Translations under genes and position numbers: made by a program
In this document: positions 48,470-57,871 of the stretch, in pieces
Position numbering within the stretch: position 1 is the first letter of the stretch
Layout: every line of letters starts with the position of its first letter
NCBI GenBank assembly: GCA_046727955.1
Contig: JBKPDO010000182.1
Span: 410-64,409, forward strand
DNA length: 64,000 bases
Source: a bacterium
Lineage (GTDB): Bacteria; Actinomycetota; CALGFH01
Reading direction: 5' to 3'
Notes under the pieces: generated by a model
Seen by the model: only the letters and a program-made list of their open reading frames with translations
Databases searched by the model: none
What the model was told of the DNA's origin: nothing

Positions 48470-49723
48470 TCATGGGTCGTCGTCTGTGAGCTGGGCGGCT
48501 CGGGCCTCCAGGTAGCGCTGTTCGGGGAGGCTGGTGGTACGGCGTGCCGCGGTCTGGTAGCTGGCGTGGGCAGCCGCGCGGTCACCGGCCATTTCCAGCA
48601 GATGTGCGCGGACCGCGTCGAGGCGGTGGTGCCCGGCCAGCCGGTCGTCGTCGTCCAGCGTCCTCAGCAGGTCGAGTCCGGCCTGTGGGCCTCGCACCAT
48701 CGCGACCGCGACGGCGTGGTTGAGCGTGGCCATGGGGTTGGGCGAGATGCGCTCGAGCAGCTCGTACAGGGCGAGGATCTGCGGCCAGTCGGTGTCGTCG
48801 GCGGTTGTCGCTTCGGCGTGCACCGCGGCGATCGCCGCCTGGAGCTGGTACGCCCCGATCGGCGCGCGGGCCAGCGTCTCGCTGATGAGCGCGACGCCCT
48901 CCTGGATGAGGTCCTGGTTCCAGCGCTCCCGGTCCTGCTCGGCGAGCGGGACCAGGGTGCCGTCGGGCCGGGCGCGTGCCGCGCGTCGCGCGTCGGTCAG
49001 CAGCATCAGCGCGAGCAGGCCGGCGACCTCGCCGTCGTCGGGCAGCAGCCGGCGGACCGCGCGGGTGAGCCGGATCCCCTCGCCGGTCAGCTCACCGCGC
49101 TGCAGGTCGGGGCCGGAGGTGGTGGTGTAGCCCTCGTTGAAGATCAGGTACAGCACGTGCAGGACCACGCCCAGCCGGTCGGCGCGCTCGGGCTGCGGGG
49201 GCAGGCGGAACGGGATGCCGCTGGCCCTGATGGCCTGCTTGGCGCGGCTGACGCGCTGGGCGATGGTGGCCTCGGGCACCAGGAAGGCCCGCGCGATCTG
49301 GGCGGTGGTCAGCCCGCCGACCGCGCGCAGGGTGAGCGCGAGCTGGGAGGCCGCAGAGAGCGCGGGATGGCAGCACAGGAACAGCAGGGTCAGGGTGTCA
49401 TCCTTGGCCGGCGGGTGCTGGTCGCCCGGACCCGGCGCGAGGAACTCGTCGGGTGGCACCCGGGCCGCGGCGGCATCTTCACGGCGCCGGCGTGCCTGCT
49501 CGCTGCGCAGCTGGTCGGTCAGCCGGCGGGAAGCGACCGTGAGCAGCCAGCCCCGCGGATTGTGGGGGGCGCCCTGGTCGGGCCACTGGACGGCCGCGGC
49601 GAGCAGCGCCTCCTGCACCGCGTCCTCGCAGGTGTCGAAGCGGCCGTAGCGGCGCACGAGCACGCCGAGGACCTGCTGCGCCAGCCGGCGCAGCAGGTCC
49701 TCGACCCCGGCCTGCACGGTCAC
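48470..49723 (-). CDS. ECF-type sigma-70 family factor, long form (about 417 aa, sigma2 + sigma4 + C-terminal extension)
   Basis: Region 2 DAVQEALLAAAVQW and region 4 LSAASQLALTLRAVGGLTTAQIARAFLVPEATIAQRVSRAK. The GTG start overlaps the yciI stop (GTGA). Confidence 0.78.
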   Translation of the reverse strand: MTVQAGVEDLLRRLAQQVLGVLVRRYGRFDTCEDAVQEALLAAAVQWPDQGAPHNPRGWLLTVASRRLTDQLRSEQARRRREDAAAARVPPDEFLAPGPGDQHPPAKDDTLTLLFLCCHPALSAASQLALTLRAVGGLTTAQIARAFLVPEATIAQRVSRAKQAIRASGIPFRLPPQPERADRLGVVLHVLYLIFNEGYTTTSGPDLQRGELTGEGIRLTRAVRRLLPDDGEVAGLLALMLLTDARRAARARPDGTLVPLAEQDRERWNQDLIQEGVALISETLARAPIGAYQLQAAIAAVHAEATTADDTDWPQILALYELLERISPNPMATLNHAVAVAMVRGPQAGLDLLRTLDDDDRLAGHHRLDAVRAHLLEMAGDRAAAHASYQTAARRTTSLPEQRYLEARAAQLTDDDP

Positions 49724-50082
49724 ATCTCGATGCAGGCCGTGTCCATGATCGGCCGCACCTCCACGGCCCAGCGGCGGGCGGCCGGGTCGTGTGCGACGAT
49801 CTCGGTCGCCCGCTGGAGGCTCTCGCAGTCGAGCACGTAGTAGCCGGCCAGCTGTTCCTTGGCTTCCGCGAACGGTCCGTCGGTGACGGCCGGGAGGCCG
49901 TTGCGCACCCGCACCGTCTTGCCGTTGGACGGGTCGGCAAGCGCTTCCCCACCGAGCAACTCCCCAGACTGGGTGAGCTCCTTGAGGAAGGCGTCGGCCT
50001 GGCGCATCAGCTCATCGCGTTCGGTTTGGGAGAGGGCCTCAAAGGCCCCGGGATTGCCGTAGACCAGCGCGACGTACTTCAC
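49720..50082 (-). CDS. YciI-like (DGPF domain) protein
   Basis: MKYVALVYGNP...GLPAVTDGPFAEAKEQLAGYYVLDCESLQRATEIV is the canonical YCII-related family. Confidence 0.8.
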   Translation of the reverse strand: MKYVALVYGNPGAFEALSQTERDELMRQADAFLKELTQSGELLGGEALADPSNGKTVRVRNGLPAVTDGPFAEAKEQLAGYYVLDCESLQRATEIVAHDPAARRWAVEVRPIMDTACIEM

Positions 50083-50269
50083 GGCTTGGCTCCTTTCCGC
50101 CTGGAACGGTGTCTCTCATAGGTGGGTCGGAGCAGGCGACGAGTTCTCGACATCGCGTGAGAGCGTCGCCGATCCGATCGCTGACGTGTGATCGCGCACG
50201 TCGGATGTCGAGATCCCAAAGCTCGCTCCGACTCCTCTGTAGACCGCAACGACGGAGGAGGCAACCCCC

Positions 50270-51735
50270 GTGACTGAGCATATGACTGACAGGAACCGCT
50301 GGCTCGCGCTCTACGTGCTCTGCCTGGGGATGCTCATGATCGTCCTCGACGTCACCATCGTGAACGTGGCGCTGCCGTCGATCCAGGAGGACCTCGGCTT
50401 TTCGCAGTCCGGCCTCGCCTGGGTGGTCAACGCCTACCTGATCGCCTTCGGCGGCCTGCTCCTGCTCGCGGGACGCTTCGGCGACATCCTGGGGCGCAAG
50501 AACGTCTTCATGGCCGGCCTTGTCGTCTTCACGGCAGCGTCGCTGGCATGCGGGGCGGCGCAGAGCCAGGAACTGCTGGTTGTGGCCCGCTTCGTGCAGG
50601 GTGTCGGTGGGGCGATGACCTCCGCGGTGATCCTGGGCATGATCGTGACAATGTTCGCCGAGCCGCGGGAGCTGGCGAAGGCGATCGGCGTCTACGCGTT
50701 CGTGGCCTCCGCCGGCGGCTCGGTCGGGCTGCTTGCCGGCGGCGTGCTGACGCAGGCGATCAACTGGCACTGGATCTTCTTCGTCAACCTGCCAATCGGT
50801 GTCGCGACGGTGGTCCTGGCTCGGCGGCTGCTCGGCAGAGACGAGGGCATCGGCTTCGGCCGGGGAGCCGACATCGCGGGTGCGGTGCTGATCACGGGCT
50901 CGCTGATGCTCGGCGTCTCCACCATCGTCAAGCCTGCGGCCGAAGACGGGTGGGGGTCGGGCCGCGCGCTTGCGCTCGGCGCCGTGTCGCTGGCCCTGCT
51001 GGCGGCCTTCATCGCGCGCGAGTCGACGGCGCGCACCCCGCTCATCCCGCTGCGGATGTTCCGCTCGCGCAACGTCTCGGGGGCGAACCTCGTCCAGGCG
51101 CTGCTGGTCGTCGGGATGTTCGGCATGTTCTTCCTCGGCGCGCTGTACCTGCGCGGGTGCTCGGCTATGACGCCCTGGAGATCGGGCTTGCGTTCCTGCC
51201 CGTGACGATCGTGATGGGGGTGCTGTCGCTTCGCTACGCCGGACGGCTGATCGCGCGCTTTGGCGCCAGGACGACGCTGTTCCCAGGCATGGTGCTGATC
51301 GCCGCCGGGCTGGTCCTGTTCGCGCAGGCGCCGGTGGACGGCAGCTACCCGCGCGACGTCCTGCCCGTGATGATCCTGCTCGGCTTCGGCGCCGGCCTGG
51401 CGTTCCCCGCACTGCTGACCCTGGCGATGTCGGGAGCGACGCAGAACGACGCGGGCCTGGTCTCTGGTCTGGTCAACACGTCGGTCCAGGTTGGTGGCGC
51501 GCTGGGCCTGGCCGTCCTCGCGACCCTGTCCACCAGCCGCGGCAACCACCTGGCCGACGGCGGCGCGGCGGCCGCTTCCGCGCTGACCAGCGGCTACCAC
51601 CTGGCGTTCCTCGTCGGCGCCGGTCTGGTCCTGGCCGCCAGCGTCGTCGTGGTCACCGTTCTCGAGCCGGAGAAGAAGGCCGAGAAGCAGGCCGAGAAGC
51701 ATGCAGCGCCCGACGACGCGATGGCCCGGCGTTGA
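50270..51735 (+). CDS. MFS transporter, DHA2 (EmrB/QacA, 14-TM) family, with a 1-bp G-run deletion frameshift at about 51165
   Basis: LALYVLCLGMLMIVLDVTIVNVALPSIQEDLGFS is the DHA2 N-terminus. The frame changes at cgcgggtgctc, where cgcggggtgctc is expected. Both halves show continuous MFS topology. Confidence 0.72.
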
Positions 51736-51810
51736 ACCATCCACTCCGAAGCAGCCCAGCCTCGGAAATCCTCACAGTCGCGTCTGGCTCGCCGGGGCAG
51801 GCGTAGGTCG

Positions 51811-51954
51811 TCAGGCCCGTAACGGGACGGCCACCAGCCGTAGCTTCCCTCCGCGCGTCGGGTCGGCGTCGAGGAAATGCCGGATGGCGATGGCCTGGCC
51901 GATGCTGGAGCTGCCGCCCGTGACGATGGTGGCCTTCCCCTGCAGTCCCTTCAT
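51811..51954 (-). pseudogene. Short-chain dehydrogenase/reductase N-terminal stub (about 45 aa)
   Basis: MKGLQGKATIVTGGSSSIGQAIA matches the TGxxxGxG Rossmann start of SDRs. The ORF then terminates. Confidence 0.45.
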
Positions 51955-52097
51955 GACGTCCTCTCGCTGTGGGCTTGGGTGCTGTCGTCCAAGGAGTTCC
52001 AAGCGTTACACGGTGAACTCGTAACGTAATCGGGGAGTGGCCAGACTGACGGTGACGCACGATCCATGACGCACGATCTATAAGGAGGGGCATCCTG

Positions 52098-53492
52098 GTG
52101 GCCGAGGTATTCGACGTGGTGGTGATCGGGGCGGGTCCGGCCGGCGAGCATGCCGCCGGCCGCCTGGCCGACGGCGGCCTGACCGTCGCCATCGTGGAGC
52201 GGGAACTGGTCGGCGGGGAGTGCTCCTACTGGGGCTGCATCCCCTCCAAGACGCTCATCCGGCCCGGCGACGTGCTGGCCGCCGCCCGCCGGGCGCCGGG
52301 TGCCGCCGAGGCCGTCACCGGCCAGCTCGACGCGGCCGCCGCGTTCGCCCAGCGTGACTACATGACCTCGGGCTGGCGTGACGACGGGCAGCTGCCCTGG
52401 CTGCAGAGCAAAGGCATCGAGCTGGTGCGCGGCTCGGCCCGCCTGGCCGGTGAGCGGGCGGTCGAGGTCGAGGCCCCCGGCGGTGCGACCCGCCGGCTCA
52501 GCGCCGCGCGGGCGGTGGTGCTGGCCACGGGTACCAAGCCCCTGGTCCCGCCGATCCCCGGCCTGCACGAGGTCGGCCCATGGGACAACCGGACCGCCAC
52601 CAGCGCCAAGCAGCTGCCCGGGCGGCTGCTGGTGCTCGGCGGCGGCGCCGTCGGTGTCGAGATGGCGCAGGCGTTCAAGCGCCTCGGCTGCGAGCACGTG
52701 GTAGTCATCGAGGGCGCCGAGCGGCTGCTCTCCCGCGAGGAGCCCTTCGCCGGCGAGGAGCTGCGGGCCGCCTTCGAGGCCGAGGGCATCAGCGTGGTGA
52801 CTCGCGCGCGCATGACCGCCGCCCGCCGCGAGGGCAGCGACGGGCCGGTGGTGGCCAGCCTGCAGGACGGGCGCGAATTCAGCGGCGACGAGATCCTGGT
52901 GGCGGTCGGCCGGCGACCGGCCACCGTGGGCATCGGCCTGGAGGCCGTCGGCCTGGAGCCCGGCCGGCCCGTCCCGGTCGACGGGCGGCTGCGGGCGGTC
53001 GGCGTCAACGGCGGCTGGCTCTACGCGATCGGCGACTGCAACGGCCTCGCGCCGTTCACCCACATGGGCAAGTACCACGGGCGCATCGCCGCGGCCGCGA
53101 TCCTCGGCAGGGAGGTGACCGATGTTGCCTCCCGCGACGCCGTCCCACGCGTGACCTTCACCGACCCGCAGGTGTGCGCGGTCGGCCGCACCGAGGCCGA
53201 GGCGCGGGCCGCCGGCCTGGACGTCACGGTGGTGGCCACCCCGACCGGCGACGTGCCTGGCGCCTACACCCAGGGCAACGGCATCCGCGGCACCAGCCAG
53301 CTGGTGATCGACGACGCCCGGCGGGCGGTCGTTGGTGCCACCTTCACCGGCCCCGGCCTGCAGGAGCTGCTGCACTCGGCCACCGTGGCCATCGTCACCG
53401 AGGCGACGGTGGAGCGGCTGTGGCACGCGGTGCCGTCGTTCCCGACCGTCAGCGAGGTCTGGCTGCACCTGCTCGAGGCCTACGGGCTCTAG
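52098..53492 (+). CDS. Class-I pyridine nucleotide-disulfide oxidoreductase (dihydrolipoamide dehydrogenase / mycothione-reductase-like flavoprotein)
   Basis: FDVVVIGAGPAGE FAD site, redox CxxxxC GGECSYWGCIPSK, NAD site LLVLGGGAVGVE and a C-terminal dimerisation domain. Confidence 0.82.
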   Translation: MAEVFDVVVIGAGPAGEHAAGRLADGGLTVAIVERELVGGECSYWGCIPSKTLIRPGDVLAAARRAPGAAEAVTGQLDAAAAFAQRDYMTSGWRDDGQLPWLQSKGIELVRGSARLAGERAVEVEAPGGATRRLSAARAVVLATGTKPLVPPIPGLHEVGPWDNRTATSAKQLPGRLLVLGGGAVGVEMAQAFKRLGCEHVVVIEGAERLLSREEPFAGEELRAAFEAEGISVVTRARMTAARREGSDGPVVASLQDGREFSGDEILVAVGRRPATVGIGLEAVGLEPGRPVPVDGRLRAVGVNGGWLYAIGDCNGLAPFTHMGKYHGRIAAAAILGREVTDVASRDAVPRVTFTDPQVCAVGRTEAEARAAGLDVTVVATPTGDVPGAYTQGNGIRGTSQLVIDDARRAVVGATFTGPGLQELLHSATVAIVTEATVERLWHAVPSFPTVSEVWLHLLEAYGL

Positions 53493-53547
53493 CCGCTGCT
53501 CAGCGCCGCCCAGCGGCTGGTCGAGCAGCTTGGTGAGCTGGACCCGG

Positions 53548-54215
53548 TCACCCGCCGGTTCCTTGTCGCCGCGGCCGACAGCGCCGCCAGCCGCTGGAAG
53601 GACAAGGACCAGGGCATCTGGGAGATCCGCGGCGAGCCACGCGATTTCCTGTACTCCAAGCTGATGTGCTGGGTGGCGCTGGACCGCGCGATCGCCCTGG
53701 CCGCCCAGCTGGACGCCTGGGACCGGGTGCCGGGGGTGGGCCGCCGCCAGGGACGAGATCGGCGCCGCCATCCTGGAGCACGGCTGGAGCGAGCAGGCTG
53801 GCGCGTTCACGCAGGCGTTCGGCAGCCAGGGCCTGGACACCTCGAACCTGATGCTGGCGATCACCAGCTTTCTGCCAGGCGACGACCCGCGCATGAAGGC
53901 GACCATCGACGCCACTGCCGAGCGGCTCACCGACGAGCGTGGCCTGGTGTACCGCTACCTGGCCCACGACGGCCTGGAAGGCGAGGAGGGCACCTTCCTG
54001 TTGTGCACCTTCTGGCTCGCGCAGGCCCAGGCGCTGGCCGGCGAGGTGGACCAGGCCAAGGCGACCTTCGAGCGGGCGGTCGCCTTCACCAACGACGTCG
54101 GGCTGCTCGCCGAGGAGATCGACCCCGCCAGCGGCGAGCTGATCGGCAACCTCCCGCAGGCGTTCAGTCACATCGGCCTGGTCAACGCCGCCTGGGCCAT
54201 CACCCAGGCCTTGGT
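53548..54215 (+). pseudogene. Glycoside hydrolase family 15 (glucoamylase/trehalase-like) C-terminal fragment, frameshifted
   Basis: [26 protein letters not shown] and, in another frame, [84 protein letters not shown]. This is the GH15 (alpha/alpha)6 barrel C-terminus. Confidence 0.55.
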
Positions 54216-54354
54216 GATCACGATGCGCGACATCGAGGGCTTCAGCTCCGCTGAGGTCTGTAACGCCCTGGAGATCAGCGACACCAACCAACGGGTACTT
54301 CTGCACCGTGCGAGAACGAGGGTGCGACGTGCCCTCGAGGACTACCTGACATGA
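54215..54354 (+). pseudogene. Sigma-70 region-4 remnant fused in-frame to the GH15 fragment
   Basis: [38 protein letters not shown] is an ECF sigma region-4 HTH. No region 2 lies upstream. Confidence 0.5.
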
Positions 54355-54599
54355 GACTTGACCGCGAACTCACCTGCGCGCAGCTCGTCGAGCTGGTCAC
54401 CGACTATCTGGAGCAGCGCATGTCGGCCGATGACACCGAACGCTTCGAGGAGCACCTGGCGTTCTGCGACGGCTGCAGCACCTACCTCGACCAGATGCGC
54501 GCGACGATTGCGGCGACGGGACGGTTGCGCGAGACGGACCTGCCGCCCGAGCTCGAGGAGCGGTTCCTGGATGCGTTCCGCGGCTGGAGCGAAACGTGA
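54351..54599 (+). CDS. Zinc-binding anti-sigma factor (ZAS / RsrA-like), 82 aa
   Basis: HxxxCxxC motif EEHLAFCDGCSTYL. The start overlaps the stop of the sigma remnant (ATGA). Confidence 0.7.
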   Translation: MRLDRELTCAQLVELVTDYLEQRMSADDTERFEEHLAFCDGCSTYLDQMRATIAATGRLRETDLPPELEERFLDAFRGWSET

Positions 54600-55156
54600 T
54601 CGCGTACAAGTTCCTCGGCGACGACCGGGTAGCGCCCTTCACGCGCTTCCAGTGGCCCAAAGCGGAGTGGGTCGAGGCGGAGGCGGTCGAGGCGGAGGCG
54701 GTCGAGGCGGAGGCGGTCGAGGCGTGCCGCTCCGGCGTCCACGCCTGCCGTCCACGCCAGCTTCCCTACTGGCTCGGCAGGGAGCTGTGGGAGATCGAGC
54801 TGGACGGCGAGATCGTCGAGCACCAGCGGAAGGTGATCGCGCGGCGCGGTCGCCTGGTCCGCCAGATCCCGGAGTGGAACGATGCGCTGCTCCGCGAGTT
54901 CACGGCCGCTTGTCGCGCCGAGACCAAGCGCCGCGTCGGCGCGATCCCGACGCTGAGCGGCTACGTTGGGGATATCGACCGCTTCCGCTCGCGCGACCGT
55001 TACGGCCTCGCCGCCTTCGCCGCCGCTCGCGCGGCCGAGCTCAGCGGCGGGCCCGCGGCGTACGAGCGCGAGCGCCGCCGCCAGGCAGCCTGGCTGGCGG
55101 AACGGCTGGGGCTCGCTGGCGGCCTGGCGGAACGGCTAGGGCTCACCGGCGGCTGA
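54596..55156 (+). CDS. Hypothetical protein with an in-frame EAEAV x4 repeat; translationally coupled to the anti-sigma gene (GTGA)
   Basis: 15-bp tandem repeat gaggcggaggcggtc x4 at about 54672-54731. No recognisable domain. Confidence 0.45.
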   Translation: MIAYKFLGDDRVAPFTRFQWPKAEWVEAEAVEAEAVEAEAVEACRSGVHACRPRQLPYWLGRELWEIELDGEIVEHQRKVIARRGRLVRQIPEWNDALLREFTAACRAETKRRVGAIPTLSGYVGDIDRFRSRDRYGLAAFAAARAAELSGGPAAYERERRRQAAWLAERLGLAGGLAERLGLTGG

Positions 55157-55594
55157 GATCCGCGCCGACCTCCGATGGAGCATTGTCGGCGCACAGCGCC
55201 GTCCCGCGCCGCATGGTCGCAATCTGGTCGCAAAGCTCGACGAAATCGCCGATCTGCTGCAGGTTCGCCGGGTCCGCGTACGAGATGACGTAGAAGCCGG
55301 ACCGGCAGCCAGGATTCCGGGTCTTGGGGCCGAGCGTGCCGGTGCCGGGGCAGCTCGCCTGATCCACGTTGTCGTGGCGTGGGTCGAGCGCTCCGATGAT
55401 CAGCTTGCGTCTGACGTCCAGCTCCATGTCCTCGTCTTGCCAGTAGCCACTCGCGCCGAGGATTTCGGGCGGCTGGAAGGTGTCGAGCAGCCGTGGCGCG
55501 GCGGGTTGCTGACGTCGTAGGTCTTGAAGCCGTACCGTCCGGTGGTGACCAGTAGTGACCAGGACGTCTCGCCCCCCACCACGCCCGCCGGCAC
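55143..55594 (-). pseudogene. C-terminal fragment of a secreted repeat protein (possibly LVIVD/beta-propeller type), frameshifted
   Basis: Two overlapping minus-strand frames (VVTTGRYGFKTYDVSN..., ...LIIGALDPRHDNVDQASCPGTGTLGPK...FYVISYADPANLQQIGDFVELCDQIA). The family call is tentative. Confidence 0.3.
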
Positions 55595-56182
55595 ATCATC
55601 GGACGCATCGCCGAGTTGGAGGACGAGCTGACCGGCTACCAGGCGTCGGCTACCAGGCGTCGTTGGCCCGCCTCCAGCAGCAGCCCGACCCGGCGCCGCC
55701 GGACGCGCTCACCGCGCGGGAGCTGCTCGCAACCTTCCCCGTCAACGGCATGGAGCTGCGCAAGCTGGGTCAAACAGCCCTGCGCGAGCTGCTCGCCAGC
55801 CTGAACCTGCTGGTCTGCCACGACCACACGCGGCACACCGTGCGGCTGCACCTCACCCTGACCGAGGGCCAGGGTGACGGTTTTCTAGAGTGTGGTTCGC
55901 TCCGGCGGCACGAAGCCGCTCAGAGATGCAACCCAAGTTCGTACGCCTCACCGCGGAGATCGCGCTGCCGCCGAGGTACCAGCGCGATCGTCGGTAGGTC
56001 CCCAAGACCCGACTTCCGCAGGTCGTCCGAATTACGGTATAGGTTCGTGTCGGGGGGCTTGAACCCCTACGTCCTTGCGGACAGTAGGCCCGCAGCGCCG
56101 GTGTTGCAGGCCGGCCTCTGGTAGTCACCTCGCGGCCGTGGTAGACCGAGCGCTAGCGAAGCGGCGAAAGGGGGGAGAAACA

Positions 56183-57871
56183 ATGAGGAGACTGCCCGGA
56201 GTGCTCGCGGCGTTCGGGGCGGCCGCGCTCGTGCTCGGCGCCATACCCGCCGCCAGCGGGGCCGGCGGTGCCCTCTGGAGCGCCAGCCCGCCGTTCACCA
56301 ACGTCGTCGCGAGCTCGCCGACGACCGGTGGCGGGTATCCCGTCCCGCCCGGCTCGCGCGTCCCGCTCGCCGGCACGTGCCGGCCTGGCCCCTTCAACGC
56401 CAACCACTCCGAGTCCTGGCTCGCGGTCAAGCCGGGGACGGAGGAGCTGGTCGGCAGCTCGAAGTTCTTCTTCGACAAGTACTCGACCTTCTACATGTTC
56501 TATCTTGGCGCCTACCAGATCCTGAACGGGGCGCCGGTCTCCAACAACCAGGTGCAGGACTACGACTGCGTCTCGACCGGCACCCAGGCCATGCCGCCGA
56601 GCTGGACCGACACGACCGACCCCAACATCGACTTCGACAGCAAGGGCCGCGTCTACCAGACGATGCTGCCGTTCAACTCGTTCTTCGACGCGACCAAGCT
56701 GCATCCGGACGGCGAGATCGACATCTCCTACAGCGACGACATGGGCCGCCACTGGGTGAAGGGCAACGGCGGCGTGGCGCTGGAGCCGCCCAACAACGCC
56801 TCCGCGAAGCAGGCGGGACATGTCGAGGACAAGCAGTGGGTTGCAGTCAACCACATCGTCGGCAACAAGTTCCAGGACCACGTGTACGCCGGCTGGGCGG
56901 TCTTCAACGGCTCCTCGGCGGGCCAGGGGATCAAGGTGCGGATGGCGGTCTCCCGGGACCGGGGCGTGAGCTTCGCTAAGGCGGTGACGATCAGCCCGCC
57001 GTCCCAGGTCGGCGCGGCGGTCACCTACGTGTACCCCGAGATCGACGCCGCCGGTAATGTCTACGTCGCGGTGGTCTCGTTCCCGCCCAACGGGGCCTCC
57101 TCGACGATCTACGTCGCCCGCTCCAGCGACGACGCCCAAACGTTCACGCCGTTCGTGCCGATCACGACGGTGACCATGGTCCCAGGCGGGGTCTTGCCGA
57201 ACACCCGTTTCCGCGACGGCATCACCGAGAACTTCGCCGCGAGCCCGACCTACCCCAACCACCTGTACCTCACCTACGAGGATTGGGACGCGGCCTCCGG
57301 CCAGATGGACGTGAAGTTCACGCAATCGACCGATGGGGGTTCTACCTGGACGACGCCGGTCGTGGTCAACGACAACGTCGACGTGGTCGGCGTGCCCACT
57401 GACCAGTTCCAGCCGTCGGTCGCCGCCGGCCCCGGCGGCGCGGTGGCGGTGGCGTTCTACGACCGTCGCGTGGCGTGCCCGAACAACCCGAGCGTCTTGC
57501 CTGCCGACGTCGGGCGGACCAACTTCTGCATCGATACCTCGTTGCAGGCCTACAAGGACAACGGCAGCGGGGCCGTGCCGGTCGGCGCGAACGTGCGGAT
57601 CTCGACGTACACCTGGGATCCGGAGCAGCCGGGACAGCATCTTGGCGGGCTCTCGCAGTATCCCTGCGCCGGAGCCAGGGACCCCTGCCCGACGGGCCGC
57701 GGGTTCATCGGCGACTACTTCGCGCTCGCGATCTCGAACGCGAACATCTACGCGCTCATGGTCTCGACCCACTACCCCTCGAGCGTGACGGCTGACGAGG
57801 GCGGCCCGGTCTACTACCAGCAGCAGGTGCTCGCGACGGTGCCGCGCGCCGGCTTCGGCGCCGGCTACTGA
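56183..57871 (+). CDS. Secreted BNR/Asp-box repeat protein, sialidase-like (paralog 3)
   Basis: ggggggag RBS. Signal peptide MRRLPGVLAAFGAAALVLGAIPAASG. Asp-boxes SDDMGRHW, SRDRGVSF, SSDDAQTF and STDGGSTW. Confidence 0.8.
   Translation: MRRLPGVLAAFGAAALVLGAIPAASGAGGALWSASPPFTNVVASSPTTGGGYPVPPGSRVPLAGTCRPGPFNANHSESWLAVKPGTEELVGSSKFFFDKYSTFYMFYLGAYQILNGAPVSNNQVQDYDCVSTGTQAMPPSWTDTTDPNIDFDSKGRVYQTMLPFNSFFDATKLHPDGEIDISYSDDMGRHWVKGNGGVALEPPNNASAKQAGHVEDKQWVAVNHIVGNKFQDHVYAGWAVFNGSSAGQGIKVRMAVSRDRGVSFAKAVTISPPSQVGAAVTYVYPEIDAAGNVYVAVVSFPPNGASSTIYVARSSDDAQTFTPFVPITTVTMVPGGVLPNTRFRDGITENFAASPTYPNHLYLTYEDWDAASGQMDVKFTQSTDGGSTWTTPVVVNDNVDVVGVPTDQFQPSVAAGPGGAVAVAFYDRRVACPNNPSVLPADVGRTNFCIDTSLQAYKDNGSGAVPVGANVRISTYTWDPEQPGQHLGGLSQYPCAGARDPCPTGRGFIGDYFALAISNANIYALMVSTHYPSSVTADEGGPVYYQQQVLATVPRAGFGAGY

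Noticed and set aside
55555-56124. 189-aa ORF between the hypothetical coupled ORF and BNR paralog 3.
   Set aside because: It is Arg/Pro-rich and low complexity, has no RBS, and overlaps the duplicated coding remnant in another frame.
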